Assembly (NCBI GenBank): GCA_965207375.1
Contig: OZ242274.1
Span: 992,001 to 1,056,000, forward strand
DNA length: 64,000 nt
Direction of reading: 5' to 3'
From: Nitrosopumilaceae archaeon
GTDB taxonomy: Archaea; Thermoproteota; Nitrososphaeria; Nitrososphaerales; Nitrosopumilaceae
The translations under genes and the position numbers were made by a program. A model generated the notes under the pieces. It saw only the letters and a list, made by a program, of their open reading frames with translations. It was not told where the DNA came from and did not search any database. Shown one piece after another: positions 61,478 through 64,000 of the stretch; position 1 is the stretch's first letter; every line of letters begins with the position of its first letter.

Positions 61478-61999
61478 TTATTTGATCCATGCTGTACCAA
61501 AATAATACCCTGCCAAGATGGTTCCAGCTGACCAAACAAATGATCCTCCAAAAGTATACAAAATAAATTTTGGAATTTTCATACCTAATAATCCTGCAGG
61601 AATTGAAATCATCTCTCTTATGACTGGTATTATACGTCCCAAAAACACTGCCCGGTCTCCGTATTTTTTAAACCATTTTTCCACCATGTCTAACTTCTTT
61701 TCAGATATTTTTAGAAAACCTAGATAGCGCAACATTACATTTCTACCAAGTTTTAGTGCTATTAGATAAATCACCGTTGTGCCAACAGTTGCACCAAGGG
61801 CTCCTAGAATTATCATGGGAATTACCTCAATTATTGAAAATCCTTTTTGTGATGCTACAAATCCTGCAGTAGGAAATACTGCAAGTGTTGGAATCGGTGG
61901 AACTATAGTCTCAAGCAGGGCTGCCAAAAAAACTCCGGCATACAGGTATTCTCCCAAAATTTCACTAATCCATGAAATTGCCGAATCAAAGGGTTCCAA
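61478..61999 (-). CDS. DedA family membrane protein
   Basis: E...PPIP and F.KYG...VF.GR.IP..R..ISIPAG motifs. Confidence 0.9.
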   Translation of the reverse strand: MEPFDSAISWISEILGEYLYAGVFLAALLETIVPPIPTLAVFPTAGFVASQKGFSIIEVIPMIILGALGATVGTTVIYLIALKLGRNVMLRYLGFLKISEKKLDMVEKWFKKYGDRAVFLGRIIPVIREMISIPAGLLGMKIPKFILYTFGGSFVWSAGTILAGYYFGTAWIK

Positions 62000-62053
62000 T
62001 TAATACAATGTAGATCTTTGCCCTTAAATTTAGCTATTCTTCAAATATCTGAC

Positions 62054-62446
62054 ATGAGTAACGCTATCGTGGCAATTTCTTTGGATCACATCAATATGCA
62101 AGTTAAAAACTTGGAGCAGAGCATATCTTTTTACAAAAACATGTTTGGATTTACAGTACGTAAAGAGGACAATTCTACAAACTCAGGTGTTCCATCTCAA
62201 ATAATTGGAAACGATGCCATCAAATTGTGTCTGTACGAACACCCTGAAATGTCTCCTGAGGGAGGAATTGTTCATTTTGGTTTTCATGTCAAAAACTATG
62301 ACGATATTTTGTCCAAATGCAAAAAACACAAAGTACAAGTTTTGTATGGGGGACCTGTCAAATTTGAAAAGTCCGAATCTGTATACATCAAAGACCCAAA
62401 TGGTTACGATATAGAACTAAGTAAAATATGTGGAGGTGGGTTATAG
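62054..62446 (+). CDS. VOC/glyoxalase family protein
   Basis: LDHINMQV.NLE.S..FY, HFGF and DPNGY.IEL motifs. Confidence 0.88.
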   Translation: MSNAIVAISLDHINMQVKNLEQSISFYKNMFGFTVRKEDNSTNSGVPSQIIGNDAIKLCLYEHPEMSPEGGIVHFGFHVKNYDDILSKCKKHKVQVLYGGPVKFEKSESVYIKDPNGYDIELSKICGGGL

Positions 62447-62842
62447 AAATTTGTGTTGCACATGCGTTTAACCCTTAATCTGCCTAAATCTTTGATAATC
62501 CGAGTTTTTGCAATGTGCGTTACTGTACAAGTCTTGTAATTCAAAATTATATTACGTACAAGATTTAACGTATACAAATTAATTTCATAATCTAGATTAC
62601 AAATTCCTGTGTACAATTTGTCTATTGCAGAAATTACATACATTAAACTCCCGGCGGCACTCTCCAGCATACTGCACCGTACACGTACAGACATCCGTAG
62701 AAGCTTAGAATAAATCCTGATACTGTTCCTGTACCAAATATCAGAAAATATGTCCTCGTTCTCATATTTTTTAATATTTTAAAAACGTCATGCTGACTAG
62801 TGTGTTTTTTGTAATATATATCGGTATTTTTTTTACACATTA

Positions 62843-63214
62843 ATGCCTGAAAGCAAATTTGATTTTGTTGCTCACAAAGTCACGATTCATCGTTGGCCTC
62901 ATGATACCCCACAATGGAGTGATCAAAGAAAAAAACAGGTTGAACAATATAGTCAAAGCAGTGAACCAAAACATGTGTATGTACGTGGCAAAACGGTACA
63001 TCTTGACAATTTCAAGTTTGACTCTATTTGCAAAATTGGAGTCACAATTCCATTATTCAAAAGACAAAGTACTGTTATCTTTGAGGGACGTTGTGAGGAA
63101 TTTTATGCACACGTTCACATTACAACCAAATCAAACGATTATCTTCAGATCTTTAACAATTTGATGAATTGGAGAAAAAATCAATTCCCAGACGCGTTTT
63201 ATATTGACAAGTGA
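62843..63214 (+). CDS. Hypothetical protein
   Basis: 123-aa ORF with an ATG start and normal composition. Confidence 0.6.
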   Translation: MPESKFDFVAHKVTIHRWPHDTPQWSDQRKKQVEQYSQSSEPKHVYVRGKTVHLDNFKFDSICKIGVTIPLFKRQSTVIFEGRCEEFYAHVHITTKSNDYLQIFNNLMNWRKNQFPDAFYIDK

Positions 63215-63690
63215 TTTTTGAATTATCGAATATGTTTGTGACATAATATGTATAAAATACACTTTGTATTTTTGGACATCAAACACAATGAGTGTTTTAA
63301 AAAATTATTCTATCTGTTATTACCATTTATTCTTTTATGATGACTCTGATTTGTAACCAAAAATTACAACTTTTACTAAAATTAAATGCCAGGAAATTAA
63401 TCAAGGATTCAAACCTTGACTGTTTTACTTTTACAGTAATGGCATTTTATCATGTTTTTGAATTTTATGGCATCTCTTTTCATAGGTGCGTAGTAATCGC
63501 AAAAAAGAATGGAACGCTTTCTGGCTGTAGCCTGTGCTATTAGATTTCAGCCACAGGTAAAACGCAAAATCATGACAGAATATGGGCAAATTCATAAAAT
63601 CAAACATGTTGTGGCATGTTTTGGTATATTGGTGCAGTTTTGAGCTTAGGTTACCCTGAAAAGACAACCCTTGAAATCCTGATATGTTTT

Positions 63691-64000
63691 TCAGATTACA
63701 GATGTCTGAAGGACGTTTTTGGCCTGATCTATTGCATCAAGCATGTATTTGAACAGCTTTACAGTTGCCACCTCGCCTGATTTTATGAGTTGTTTTATGG
63801 TATCATGCATTTTTTCAAAGCTGCCAAAGTATCTTCCTGCAATGGCCCGTTTGATCTCACGCCACATCATCTCTATTGGATTGTGCTGTGGGGTGTACGG
63901 TGGAAGGTACCACAGGACAACATCGCCGCATGCCTTTTCCAAATACTCTTTGATCTTTTTGGATTTGTGGCCACTTGCATTATCACATATCACAAAGACT
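63691..64000 (-). CDS. IS630-family transposase, C-terminal part (cut by window edge)
   Basis: DNASGHKS and YLPPYTPQHNPIE..W motifs. Confidence 0.88.
   Translation of the reverse strand, partial: VFVICDNASGHKSKKIKEYLEKACGDVVLWYLPPYTPQHNPIEMMWREIKRAIAGRYFGSFEKMHDTIKQLIKSGEVATVKLFKYMLDAIDQAKNVLQTSVI

Overview
Low-GC archaeal chromosome segment whose gene content points to an ammonia-oxidising thaumarchaeote of Nitrosopumilaceae type (PEF-CTERM protein, aroA'/aroB' shikimate route, MqnC, CofGH, ThiDN, Pus10, SRP54, S24e/S27ae). It is unusually rich in IS elements. The core blocks are an ICDH/IPMDH gene and a phosphoesterase next to tRNA-Ser(GCT), mqnC/ubiD, an aromatic amino-acid cluster (17.3-26.5 kb), thiC/thiDN, sugar-nucleotide genes, ribosomal proteins, pus10-srp54-dph6 and cofGH/htrA. 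Four accessory features stand out. (1) An island beside the tRNA carries a divergent TcmP + DUF5131 pair and a secreted repeat protein. (2) Two inverted 1737-bp IS66 copies have swapped 8-bp target duplications, showing that the 5.2 kb between them was inverted and an IS110 gene was split in two. (3) A small island is bracketed by a duplicated pus10 3' end. (4) A ~9-kb virus-like island holds ten translationally coupled micro-ORFs (six with CxxC), an SAH-hydrolase-like/cupin fusion coupled to a methyltransferase, and nested IS630/IS6-like elements. A GC-rich, possibly pseudoknotted ncRNA candidate lies at 34.7 kb. thiC and ubiD each carry a 1-bp homopolymer deletion that may be an assembly error. 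All calls come from reading motifs by eye; no searches were run.
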